Notes: generated by a model not told the origin, from the letters alone. A DNA stretch of 53,025 nt from Parcubacteria group bacterium (GCA_943358385.1 CALRGX010000007.1:1-53025), one strand, 5' to 3'. Numbered from the stretch's first letter, positions 18,770 to 27,309 are shown. Translations and numbers: made by a program.

Positions 18770-19576
18770 ATGAGCCAATTCTACAAACCCGACCGCAACG
18801 CAAAATGGAACTATGGCGGCCCCAATTGGCGCCTCTCTCGCTCGAAAATCGACCTCTTTATTGAATGCCCACGCTGTTTCTATATCGACAATGTCCTCGG
18901 GACCGCGCGCCCACCTGGTTTTCCCTTCAACTTGAACAGTGCCGTGGACGCTCTTTTTAAAAAAGAATTTGATATTCATCGGCACGCAAAATCCTCACAT
19001 CCGATAATGAAGCAGTATGGCGTGGATGCGGTTCCATTCCAGCACGAACAGATGGATGTGTGGCGTGAAAATTTCAAGGGCATCCAATACAAACACGAAG
19101 GAACTGGTTTTACTATTTCTGGTGCTGTTGATGACGTGTGGGTCAACCCGCAAGGGGAATTACTCGTAGTTGACTACAAGTCAACCAGCAAAGACGAAAA
19201 GATTGAGGCGCTCGATCAAGACTGGCATGCGGGGTACAAACGCCAAATGGCTGTGTATCAGTGGCTGTTACGCCAAAACGGTTTTACCGTTTCGGATACA
19301 GGATACTTTGTGTATGCCAATGCAAGTAAAGATCGCGAGGCCTTTGATGGCGTCTTAGAATTTGAGGTCACCCTGATTGCACATAAAGGCAACACTGACT
19401 GGATAGAACCCGCCCTCCTTAACATCAAGGCATGTGTTGAGAGCGACCTCATCCCACCAACAGGAGAGACATGCGACTACTGTACCTACCGAGAGTTTGC
19501 GGGGCAAAAGCTTAAAAAACGCCATCTGGAACTGAAGGAAAAAGGGCTGCTTCCTCCCAAAAAAGATCTGGCCTAA
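18770..19576 (+). CDS. PD-(D/E)xK nuclease superfamily protein (RecB/AddB/Cas4-like)
   Basis: LSRSKIDLFIECPRCFY, GAVDD, VVDYKST, QMAVY, CDYC. Confidence 0.85.
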   Translation: MSQFYKPDRNAKWNYGGPNWRLSRSKIDLFIECPRCFYIDNVLGTARPPGFPFNLNSAVDALFKKEFDIHRHAKSSHPIMKQYGVDAVPFQHEQMDVWRENFKGIQYKHEGTGFTISGAVDDVWVNPQGELLVVDYKSTSKDEKIEALDQDWHAGYKRQMAVYQWLLRQNGFTVSDTGYFVYANASKDREAFDGVLEFEVTLIAHKGNTDWIEPALLNIKACVESDLIPPTGETCDYCTYREFAGQKLKKRHLELKEKGLLPPKKDLA

Positions 19577-19582
19577 TAGGTA

Positions 19583-19611
19583 TTGACATATAGACTAAAA
19601 TAGTGTATAGT
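19583..19611 (+). promoter_or_regulatory. sigma70-type promoter not followed by a CDS
   Basis: TTGACA (19583-19588), 17 nt, TATAGT (19606-19611). Confidence 0.8.
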
Positions 19612-19617
19612 TGCAAC

Positions 19618-19758
19618 AGCGATAGGGGTTGGTCTGCCTGTTGCTTACGGGCGAGCGCCCACGGTGATGCTGAAGGTTCGCCCTCAGTATCTGCCAGCTC
19701 TCCCGTATGGAGAGACCATGTTGCGCCGGGACACACGTGTTCCGGCGCACTTTCTTTA
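19618..19758 (+). ncRNA. candidate structured small RNA, family unknown
   Basis: Own promoter; nested stems 19630-35/19713-18, 19646-56/19697-707 and 19663-76/19681-95 capped by a UUCG loop; ends in a terminator. Confidence 0.55.
19722..19758 (+). terminator. intrinsic terminator closing the candidate RNA
   Basis: TGCGCCGGGA...TTCCGGCGCA followed by CTTTCTTTA. Confidence 0.75.
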
Positions 19759-19812
19759 TGCACGCCCATTTCGTGGGTGGCTTTTCAAACACGATGGTAT
19801 ACTTTTCCGAAT

Positions 19813-20400
19813 ATGCATTGGTCACCGCGCATCGAACAAGCTCTGTATCGCGCCGCAAAACTCCACGAAGGACTCTTTCGCAAGGGACCAGATCGATTAC
19901 CTGCCCTGGTGCACTTGGTTGGTGTTGCGTCTATCGTCAGTGAGCATACGGATGATGAGGATACGGTGGTGGCCGCGCTCCTGCATGATTCTATCGAGGA
20001 CACGTCATACACACCGGAAAATCTGCGGGAAGAGTTTGGTGAACGGGTGATGGGTTTTGTTCTTGGCGTTACCATTCCAGAAATGCACGAAGGGAAAGAA
20101 ACAGGGGTCTGGAGTCGCGATCGCCGCCGCTATTTCGAAAACTTAAGCCACGCACCCATGGAATCTGTCCTCGTGGCCGCAGCTGACAAAATCCACAACT
20201 TCACGACTATCATTCGCGACTACATGGACAACCCTGATGGCTTCAAGCGCGACTTCACCGGCACCAAAGAGGACCGTTTGAAGGTGTACGGATCTATTGC
20301 GGAATTAATCTGCGATCGTTTGGGGCCAGAACACCCACTTTCCGATGAGCTCTCGGAGGTCTGGAAAAAGTACGAGGCATTTGTCATTATGGCGCTATGA
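19813..20400 (+). CDS. stand-alone RelA/SpoT-type HD hydrolase (Mesh1/SAH-like)
   Basis: AAKLHEGLFRKG, H-x-x-GVA, AALLHDSIEDT, EEFGERV, AADKIHN; start reassigned to 19813 (TATACT 9 nt upstream). Confidence 0.82.
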   Translation: MHWSPRIEQALYRAAKLHEGLFRKGPDRLPALVHLVGVASIVSEHTDDEDTVVAALLHDSIEDTSYTPENLREEFGERVMGFVLGVTIPEMHEGKETGVWSRDRRRYFENLSHAPMESVLVAAADKIHNFTTIIRDYMDNPDGFKRDFTGTKEDRLKVYGSIAELICDRLGPEHPLSDELSEVWKKYEAFVIMAL

Positions 20401-22181
20401 CGCCACCCAACTCACTTCTCGATTACAAAACTGTATGGGATCTAGCACTCCTGTATACAAGCCCCGAAGACCCACAGATTGAAAAGGATGTGCGTGACCT
20501 TGAGCGCCGCTACGCAGGATTTGAAAAGAAGTTCCGTACAGCCGCGTTCACGAAGAGCGCGGGAGCACTTCTGAAAGCTCTGCAAGACTACGAAAAGCTT
20601 GCTGATATTGCGGGTGGAGGCAAACCCTTGCGCTACTTTTGGTATCGCAAAGAGCTCAACGGAAAAGACGACACCGCAGAAGCACGTATCCGCCTGATTT
20701 CTGAGCGCTTCACCAAGGCGGGCAATCGCATTACCTTTTTTGACCTTGCGATTGGAAAAATTCCTACGACCCAACAAAAAAAGTACCTGAAAGACAAACG
20801 ACTCGCCCCATACCGATACTTCCTCACGCGTATATTTAAAACTGCCAAGCACGACCTCTCTGAACCCGAGGAAAAGCTACTCGCCCTAACATCTGCACCA
20901 TCCGGTGGTATGTGGGTTTCAGGTGTAGACAAAGCAATCGCTGCACGCACGATTACCTGGGAAGGGAAGGAGATGCCGCTAAATGAGGCACTGAGTGCAG
21001 CGTCGCACAAGGAGACACAAAGCGACCGCGCTGAGATGTGGAAGCTCATCCTTGAAAAGATTGCGGAAGTCGCGGAATTTTCGGAGAGCGAAATCAACGC
21101 ACTCTATACCAAAAAGAAAATTACAGACGAACTACGTAAGCTGCCCGAGCCATACAGTGCCACCATTCTCGGCTACGAAAACGACGAAAAGAGCGTGCGC
21201 ACCCTCATCGATACGGTCACTGCCGCATTCCCAGTGGCCCACCGCTTTCATGCGCTAAAGAAGCGCTTGCTGAACCTCGATTATCTCACCTATGCAGACC
21301 GCGCAGCTCCGCTCATGCTGCCAGAGGTAAAGACAGAACCGTTTCCGTTTGATCGCTCATACCGACTGGTACGAGAAGCATTCGCCGATGCGGGTGAGCA
21401 CTATGCAGCCATTTTAGACAACTTCCTGGTACGCGGGCAAATTGATGTAAGACCAAAAGCCGGAAAGAGTGGAGGAGCCTTTTGTGCGAGCGCACATCGT
21501 CTACCCACCTACGTACTCCTCAATCATACTGATGACTTCAACTCCACCATGACCTTGGCGCACGAAATGGGCCACGCGATTCATAGCGAAATGTGCGCCA
21601 AGCAACCGGTGTTCTACGACGATTATTCAACTGCAGTTGCGGAAACAGCGAGTACTTTTTTTGAAGGCTGGGCATTCGAGCATATCGCACGCACCCTACC
21701 AAAAGAACACCGCATTAAACTGCTGCATGACCGCTTACAGGACCATGTCGCCACGGTATTTAGGCAAATCGCCTGCTTCAACTTCGAGCTAGAACTGCAC
21801 CGCACTGTGCGTAAAGAGGGCTGGGTACCGAAAGAAAAGATTGCGGCACTAATGCAAAAGCACATGCAGGCATATTTGGGCCCCAGCGTTACGGTTACCC
21901 CCGAAGACGGCTTCACTTTTGTAAATTGGTCGCACATTCGCAACCCGTTCTACGTGTACTCTTATGCTTACGGGCAACTGATTAGCAGTGCCTTACTGCA
22001 ACTAGCGCACACAGATCGCAAGCACGTAGCTAAAGCTGCTGCCTTCATGGAGGCTGGCTCCACGGATACACCTGAAAATATTTTCAAGAAAGTAGGTATC
22101 GACGTGACGAAACCAGCATTCTGGAAAGCAGGCATTAAAAGCATCGAGCGAGATATCAACGAGCTCGAATCCCTTATCTAA
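20397..22181 (+). CDS. M3B family oligoendopeptidase F-like peptidase
   Basis: WDLALLY N-terminus, GKSGGAFC, TLAHEMGHAIH (HExxH), AETAS, FYVYSYAYG; ATGA overlap with the HD gene. Confidence 0.9.
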   Translation: MTPPNSLLDYKTVWDLALLYTSPEDPQIEKDVRDLERRYAGFEKKFRTAAFTKSAGALLKALQDYEKLADIAGGGKPLRYFWYRKELNGKDDTAEARIRLISERFTKAGNRITFFDLAIGKIPTTQQKKYLKDKRLAPYRYFLTRIFKTAKHDLSEPEEKLLALTSAPSGGMWVSGVDKAIAARTITWEGKEMPLNEALSAASHKETQSDRAEMWKLILEKIAEVAEFSESEINALYTKKKITDELRKLPEPYSATILGYENDEKSVRTLIDTVTAAFPVAHRFHALKKRLLNLDYLTYADRAAPLMLPEVKTEPFPFDRSYRLVREAFADAGEHYAAILDNFLVRGQIDVRPKAGKSGGAFCASAHRLPTYVLLNHTDDFNSTMTLAHEMGHAIHSEMCAKQPVFYDDYSTAVAETASTFFEGWAFEHIARTLPKEHRIKLLHDRLQDHVATVFRQIACFNFELELHRTVRKEGWVPKEKIAALMQKHMQAYLGPSVTVTPEDGFTFVNWSHIRNPFYVYSYAYGQLISSALLQLAHTDRKHVAKAAAFMEAGSTDTPENIFKKVGIDVTKPAFWKAGIKSIERDINELESLI

Positions 22182-22225
22182 TTATAAAGGACCGACCTTT
22201 ATATAAAGGTCGGTCCTTTATAATT
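22180..22225. repeat. 46-bp perfect palindrome with no spacer
   Basis: AATTATAAAGGACCGACCTTTAT|ATAAAGGTCGGTCCTTTATAATT. Confidence 0.95.
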
Positions 22226-22272
22226 TTGGCATGGTCTAGGCAAGCGCAAGGTGATGCGCTAGAGTATTCTCC

Positions 22273-24213
22273 ATGGTCTCCTATAACGACATACGCACCA
22301 AGTATCTTGCATTTTATCGCGCCCGTGGTCACGCGGTAATCCCCTCGGCCCCCATCGTCCCACAGAATGATCCCACCACGCTATTTACCGGTTCGGGCAT
22401 GCAGCCGTTGGTGCCATACCTACTCGGCAAGCCACACCCAGAAGGTAAGCGCCTCACTGATAGTCAGAAAAGCTTCCGTGCTGCAGACATCGAAGAAGTA
22501 GGTGACAACCGTCACACCACCTTCTTCGAAATGCTGGGCAATTGGTCGTTGGGCGATTACTTTAAAAAAGAGCAGCTTCCGTGGTTTTACGAATTTCTTA
22601 TTCATGAAGTTGGGCTCGACCCACAGCGCCTCTACGCCACCGTATTTGACGGAGCACCTGAGATTGGCGTTCCGCGCGACGAAGAAGCGATCGCGCTCCT
22701 CAAGAGTATTTTTTCAGAGGCACACGTGTCGCACGGATTCCAGGCAATAGGGACAGAAGCGAATGGGTATGTCGCGGGGATGGAATCTGGTGCACGCATT
22801 TTCTCATATGAAGCAAAGAAAAACTGGTGGAGTCGCTCAGGTGTTCCTGCCAACATGCCCGAAGGTGAGCCCGGTGGCCCTGACTCCGAAGTTTTTTACG
22901 ATTTCGCACCAAACACCACTGCAAAAGGCGGACACCTCGACGATAGCGACACCGAAAAATGGGGCGCACGGTGCCATCCCAACTGCGATTGTGGACGATT
23001 CATGGAGATTGGTAACTCGGTGTTTATGGAATACATCCGCACTAATGGCGAATTTCAGAAGCTCGCACAGCAGAATGTAGATTTCGGTGGTGGACTGGAG
23101 CGCATTGTGGCAGCAAAAAATGAGGACTCTGACGTGTTCAAGAGCGGTGCCTTGGCACTCCTAATATCCGAACTTGAAAGAATGAGTCGTTCTTCGTATA
23201 GCGAAGCTTCAAAAATTCCGGGATTCCGCATCGTGGCGGACCACATTCGTGGTGCCGTATTTATGATTGCCGACGGCGTGCTGCCCTCAAATACGGAGCA
23301 AGGCTATTTCCTGCGTCGCCTCTTGCGCCGTTCGGTGCGCTATGCGGATCTTCTCGGTGTACCAGCAGGCAAGCTTGCCGAGCTCGCTGATGTCATTGAT
23401 AAGGAATACGGGCAACACTATACGGAAGTGAACAGCAACATTGCCAAGATTAAGGCCGAAATTCAGAACGAGGAAACAAAATTCCGCGAGACACTCACGC
23501 GAGGCATGAAGGAATTTGAAAAACTAGCAAAGGGAAGCGCCATTTCGGGAGCTGATGCATTCGTACTCTTTACGACCTTCGGTTTTCCCATTGAACTTAC
23601 TGAAGAAATTGCACGCGAACGCGGAGCGACCGTTGACCGCAGCATTTTTGACGCAGAAATGGTCAAGCATCGTGACGCATCTCGCGCAGGTGCCGAAAAG
23701 CGGTTCAAAGGCGGCCTTGCAGACACGTCAGAGGAAACGACTCGTCTGCACACAGCCCACCACCTACTGTTGAAGGCCCTCCAAACAGTCCTGGGTCCCC
23801 ATGTAAAACAGCGCGGATCCAACATCACGGGAGAGCGGCTACGCATCGACTTCTCGCACAGTGAAAAAATGACGGACGAGCAGAAGAAAGAGGTAGAACG
23901 CCTCGTGAACGAGCAAATTCAATCAGCTCTCCCAGTGGTGCGCTCAACTATCCCGAAAGCAGAAGCGGAAAAACTTGGCGCAGAAATGGAGTTCGGTGCA
24001 AAATATCCAGACATGGTTTCCGTCTACTCAGTCGGTCCATCCCAAGCCACCGCGGAGGCGCCCGACTTCGCGCACGCGTTCTCAATTGAATTCTGCGGTG
24101 GCCCTCACGTGGAAAACACCACCGAGCTCGCCCAGAGCGGAGTCTTTAAGATTCAAAAAGAAGAAGCATCGTCGTCAGGTGTGCGACGTATTAAAGCGGT
24201 TCTCACAAAGTAG
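22273..24213 (+). CDS. alaS: alanine--tRNA ligase (short form lacking C-Ala)
   Basis: DPTTLFTGSGMQP, RHTTFFEMLGNWS, editing motifs HTAHH and EFCGGPH, ends GVRRIKAV. Confidence 0.96.
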   Translation: MVSYNDIRTKYLAFYRARGHAVIPSAPIVPQNDPTTLFTGSGMQPLVPYLLGKPHPEGKRLTDSQKSFRAADIEEVGDNRHTTFFEMLGNWSLGDYFKKEQLPWFYEFLIHEVGLDPQRLYATVFDGAPEIGVPRDEEAIALLKSIFSEAHVSHGFQAIGTEANGYVAGMESGARIFSYEAKKNWWSRSGVPANMPEGEPGGPDSEVFYDFAPNTTAKGGHLDDSDTEKWGARCHPNCDCGRFMEIGNSVFMEYIRTNGEFQKLAQQNVDFGGGLERIVAAKNEDSDVFKSGALALLISELERMSRSSYSEASKIPGFRIVADHIRGAVFMIADGVLPSNTEQGYFLRRLLRRSVRYADLLGVPAGKLAELADVIDKEYGQHYTEVNSNIAKIKAEIQNEETKFRETLTRGMKEFEKLAKGSAISGADAFVLFTTFGFPIELTEEIARERGATVDRSIFDAEMVKHRDASRAGAEKRFKGGLADTSEETTRLHTAHHLLLKALQTVLGPHVKQRGSNITGERLRIDFSHSEKMTDEQKKEVERLVNEQIQSALPVVRSTIPKAEAEKLGAEMEFGAKYPDMVSVYSVGPSQATAEAPDFAHAFSIEFCGGPHVENTTELAQSGVFKIQKEEASSSGVRRIKAVLTK

Positions 24214-24266
24214 GGAGAAGGTACAAGGGCCAAGGTTTTAGGTCGTAGGTGCCAGGTGTTAGGGAA
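24211..24266 (+). repeat. degenerate 7-bp tandem array (8 x NAGGNNN)
   Basis: tagggag aaggtac aagggcc aaggttt taggtcg taggtgc caggtgt tagggaa. Confidence 0.75.
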
Positions 24267-24311
24267 AACAGGAATACAACCACAGCGTAGAACAGCGCAT
24301 TTAAAATCCCG

Positions 24312-24403
24312 TGTTCTGTCGTTTGAAAGCCTATCGCAGCGCGACGGCGCGAGATGAGCAAAATCGCAGCAGCGATTTATGCATGCTTTCAGACGGCAGA
24401 ACA
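24312..24403. other. intergenic structured inverted repeat (candidate RNA element or REP-like repeat)
   Basis: 19-bp stem 24312-30/24385-403 fully paired on the + strand with two G.U wobbles, enclosing the hairpins GCGC-gacg-GCGC and AAATCGC-agca-GCGATTT. Confidence 0.55.
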
Positions 24404-24511
24404 AAAACAACGCAGCAACCTTCGTTGCCAAAACGTCACACAGTAGCAAAACCACTTCTTTTTCTCCCCATCAAAAAAAGAGCCAGCGAGAAGTGGTCGT
24501 ATACTGCACAC

Positions 24512-25684
24512 ATGGCTCTGCCTATTTTCGCCAGTCGTTTTTCAGCACAGCCTGAAATGATTGTGGACATTGGGAGCGGTTCGGTTGCGGTTGCAATAGT
24601 TGAACTCTCTCCGGACGAACACACCCCGTCAAAAGTAGTCGTAGCAAAGCGAGTGGCACTTCCAAAATCGGACGAGGAACGACCTGATGGTGCAGCCTTC
24701 ACGGGCATTGTGGCACTTATCGAACCTACGGTGAAAAGTGTTTTAGAATTGCACGCAAGTCTCGCCCCACATGCACGTGTCGCAAAGGTGACCGGGGTAC
24801 TTCATGCTCCATGGATCACTGTTGCCACCTCGGAAGAAGCTCAATTGTATGAGAAGGACATCACCATCACCAAAGCTCATATCGATGACCTTGCACAAAA
24901 AGCAACTGCCAAAGTAGCCCCCACGACAGGGGAAGCATTTGAAAAGGTTGTCGTGCGCACCGAATTGAACGGGTATCCTACTGGTCATCCAATTGGCAAA
25001 GCGGCACATCGTGCTCACGTGGTCACGCTTACAGGGAGCACTGAAAAAACGGTCTTCGCGGCGATTCAAGACGCACTCACCAAATCCCTCCCTGGGAGAG
25101 CGCCCGTTCTACGATCTTCCCCTAACATCACAATTACCGTACTCAATCCACTGGCACGTCGTACACCACATTACTCGGCGCTCGATATTACCAGCGAAGC
25201 ATCTGGTATTCTCGTCGTTTCGAGTGGGAAAGTGCAGAGTTTTGTAACGATTCCCATCGGCTGGCGCTCTCTGATTCGTGAACTCGCTAAGAAATACGTC
25301 ACTACACCCGAAGAAGCGACGTCTCGTTTGCGCATGGCCATTGAAGAATCCTGCACCGGCACCGATTGCATGAGTGTGCTCTCATCCCTAAGCGACGTCG
25401 CACCTCAATACACTAAACTGTATGCGGAAAGCTTCGCCAAGATTGCCGAAAAGGAGCGCATGCCGTCTACCATGATCGTTACTGCCCCTCCAGACATCGC
25501 ACCATGGTTTGTTGAACTCCTCGCGCGTCTTGATTTCGCACCATTTACCGATACGGGGAATCCTTTTGTAGTGCAACGGGTACAGGAGCAACACATTACC
25601 GATTTCGCCATTTTCGCACCAGGAGTGCAGCCAGATGCTGGCATTGCGCTTGACGCGGCGTTTGTGCACATGCGCAGGGCATGA
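24512..25684 (+). CDS. divergent FtsA/PilM-like actin-fold protein
   Basis: IVDIGSGSVAVAIV (phosphate-1-like), ELNGYP, LDITSEAS, TIPIGWRSLIRELA; start reassigned to 24512 (TATACT 6 nt upstream). Confidence 0.6.
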   Translation: MALPIFASRFSAQPEMIVDIGSGSVAVAIVELSPDEHTPSKVVVAKRVALPKSDEERPDGAAFTGIVALIEPTVKSVLELHASLAPHARVAKVTGVLHAPWITVATSEEAQLYEKDITITKAHIDDLAQKATAKVAPTTGEAFEKVVVRTELNGYPTGHPIGKAAHRAHVVTLTGSTEKTVFAAIQDALTKSLPGRAPVLRSSPNITITVLNPLARRTPHYSALDITSEASGILVVSSGKVQSFVTIPIGWRSLIRELAKKYVTTPEEATSRLRMAIEESCTGTDCMSVLSSLSDVAPQYTKLYAESFAKIAEKERMPSTMIVTAPPDIAPWFVELLARLDFAPFTDTGNPFVVQRVQEQHITDFAIFAPGVQPDAGIALDAAFVHMRRA

Positions 25685-25712
25685 CGCGCATCGCGTGGTA
25701 TACTTTTTTGAT

Positions 25713-27041
25713 ATGGCACGAGACTATTTTAGTGAGGTCGAAACCCCTGCTGAAGAACCAGCGGCACATGGGGAAGAGGCAAGGAGCATTCGCAATATTC
25801 CCATTTCAGTGAGCCGCGACCGGGCCACCCCACGATCCGCAGTGCCACCCAGTCGTCCGACTGCGCAGCGGCGCCCAGCATCAGGTTCGCCTCGACGTGG
25901 TAGCCGCCATGTTATTTGGGGTGTAGTGGCCGTTGCCATACTGGCGCTTGTAGGGGTTGGAGCAGTTACCGTCTTTAGAAAATCGAGTATTGTGGTCACT
26001 CCTCGCATCCACACAGTGGTCTTTGACGAAGCTGCAGCATATCAAGCTCTTCCTGCGGCAGATGCTCAAGGTACCGCTGCGCTTGCGTACCGCATTGCAG
26101 AAGTTGCCCTCGAGGAGCGTACTACAGTGACCGCAAGCGGCACTGAGCGCGTGGAAGAATATGCGAAGGGCACTATTACTGTCTACAATGAGTTCAGCGA
26201 CAAGCCTGTTCGTCTCATCAAAAACACTCGCTTTGAAACTCCTGACGGCAAGACTTTCCGTGTGCGCACTTCCATTATGGTGCCTGCAAAAACAGCGACG
26301 GCACCTGGAAGCATGGAGACTACGGTGTATGCCGACCAGACGGGGCCTGAATTCAACGTTGGTCCAGTTGACCGATTCGCCCTCCCTGGCCTCAAGACGG
26401 GCGCCCCAGACATGTTTGAAAAGGTGTATGCTAAATCGGCAGCACCCATGACAGGAGGCTACAAAGGCGACCGACCGATTGTGGCAGATAGTGACATGAA
26501 CAAGGCAACAGAGGCACTGCGTTCGACACTCAAAACCAAAGCACTGGAAGCTGTGACCGCTGCAATACCTGCGGATTCATTCGCTTTCCCGCAACTCCTC
26601 TCAGTAGCCTTCGAAGCGCTCCCTCCCCAAGGTGAAGGTGCTGCAACGCAGGTAGGGGAGAAAGCGACCGTTCGGATGCCTTACCTAAGCCGCGCTGATT
26701 TTGCTAGATCTATTGCTAGCGCCACGAGTGCAGATGCTGGAGAGGGGGAAATTACCATTCCTGACACCTCAACGTTTACACTCACCCTCGCATCGACCTC
26801 ATCCACTACGATCACCGATGCCATCAGCTTCACGCTCTCAGGTACTGCAAAATTCGTCTGGAAAGTTGACCCTCAGAGCGTTGCAACGGACCTGGCAGGC
26901 AAGGATAAAAGCGCCTTCCAAACGATTGTCCAGAGTCACCCGGGGGTCGAATCTGCAGAGGCATTTCTGCGTCCTTTTTGGCGCAGCACCTTCCCAACGG
27001 ACCCTTCAAAGATTATTGTTACCATGAGTGAGGCGCAATAG
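25713..27041 (+). CDS. bitopic membrane protein with a 'baseplate J/gp47-like' extracellular region
   Basis: Disordered N-terminus, one TM, AKGTITVYNE, LIKNTRFETPDGKTFR, VYADQTGPEFNV, FWRSTFPTDPSKI; family recalled, not searched. Confidence 0.6.
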   Translation: MARDYFSEVETPAEEPAAHGEEARSIRNIPISVSRDRATPRSAVPPSRPTAQRRPASGSPRRGSRHVIWGVVAVAILALVGVGAVTVFRKSSIVVTPRIHTVVFDEAAAYQALPAADAQGTAALAYRIAEVALEERTTVTASGTERVEEYAKGTITVYNEFSDKPVRLIKNTRFETPDGKTFRVRTSIMVPAKTATAPGSMETTVYADQTGPEFNVGPVDRFALPGLKTGAPDMFEKVYAKSAAPMTGGYKGDRPIVADSDMNKATEALRSTLKTKALEAVTAAIPADSFAFPQLLSVAFEALPPQGEGAATQVGEKATVRMPYLSRADFARSIASATSADAGEGEITIPDTSTFTLTLASTSSTTITDAISFTLSGTAKFVWKVDPQSVATDLAGKDKSAFQTIVQSHPGVESAEAFLRPFWRSTFPTDPSKIIVTMSEAQ

Positions 27042-27044
27042 GGC

Positions 27045-27073
27045 TTGACCCTTTTGCTCTGTCTTGCTATTAT
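27045..27073 (+). promoter_or_regulatory. promoter of the infA-alpha operon
   Basis: TTGACC, 17 nt, TATTAT. Confidence 0.65.
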
Positions 27074-27091
27074 CTGCGCTCGAGTGCATCT

Positions 27092-27298
27092 ATGTCAGAA
27101 ATTCAAGCGGTAGAAGGAGTAGTTGAGGAAGCCCTCCCCAACACACTCTTCCGCGTGAAGCTCGAGGATGGATCGCTCGCCCTTGCGTACCTCGCAGGAA
27201 AGATGCGGTTGCACCGTATTAAAGTCCTCGTGGGTGACAAGGTTGCACTGCAGCTTGACCCTTACGGGGGAAGGGCTCGCATTATTCGTAGGGGCTAA
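27092..27298 (+). CDS. infA: translation initiation factor IF-1
   Basis: [18 protein letters not shown]...AYLAGKMR...IKVLVGDKV. Confidence 0.96.
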   Translation: MSEIQAVEGVVEEALPNTLFRVKLEDGSLALAYLAGKMRLHRIKVLVGDKVALQLDPYGGRARIIRRG

Positions 27299-27309
27299 TT
27301 CAGACTTGC

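Noticed and set aside
18770-19576. Cas4-like nuclease as evidence for CRISPR-Cas
   Set aside because: No repeat-spacer array or other cas gene anywhere in the window.
19663-19682. GGTGA...TCGCC resembling fluoride riboswitch P1
   Set aside because: The loop is too long, and the downstream GCUGAUGAC/pseudoknot partner and a fluoride-related gene are missing.
25713-27041. Baseplate-J-like domain as evidence for a prophage or contractile system
   Set aside because: No sheath, tube, terminase, capsid or integrase genes; the protein has a TM anchor and lies in a core neighbourhood.
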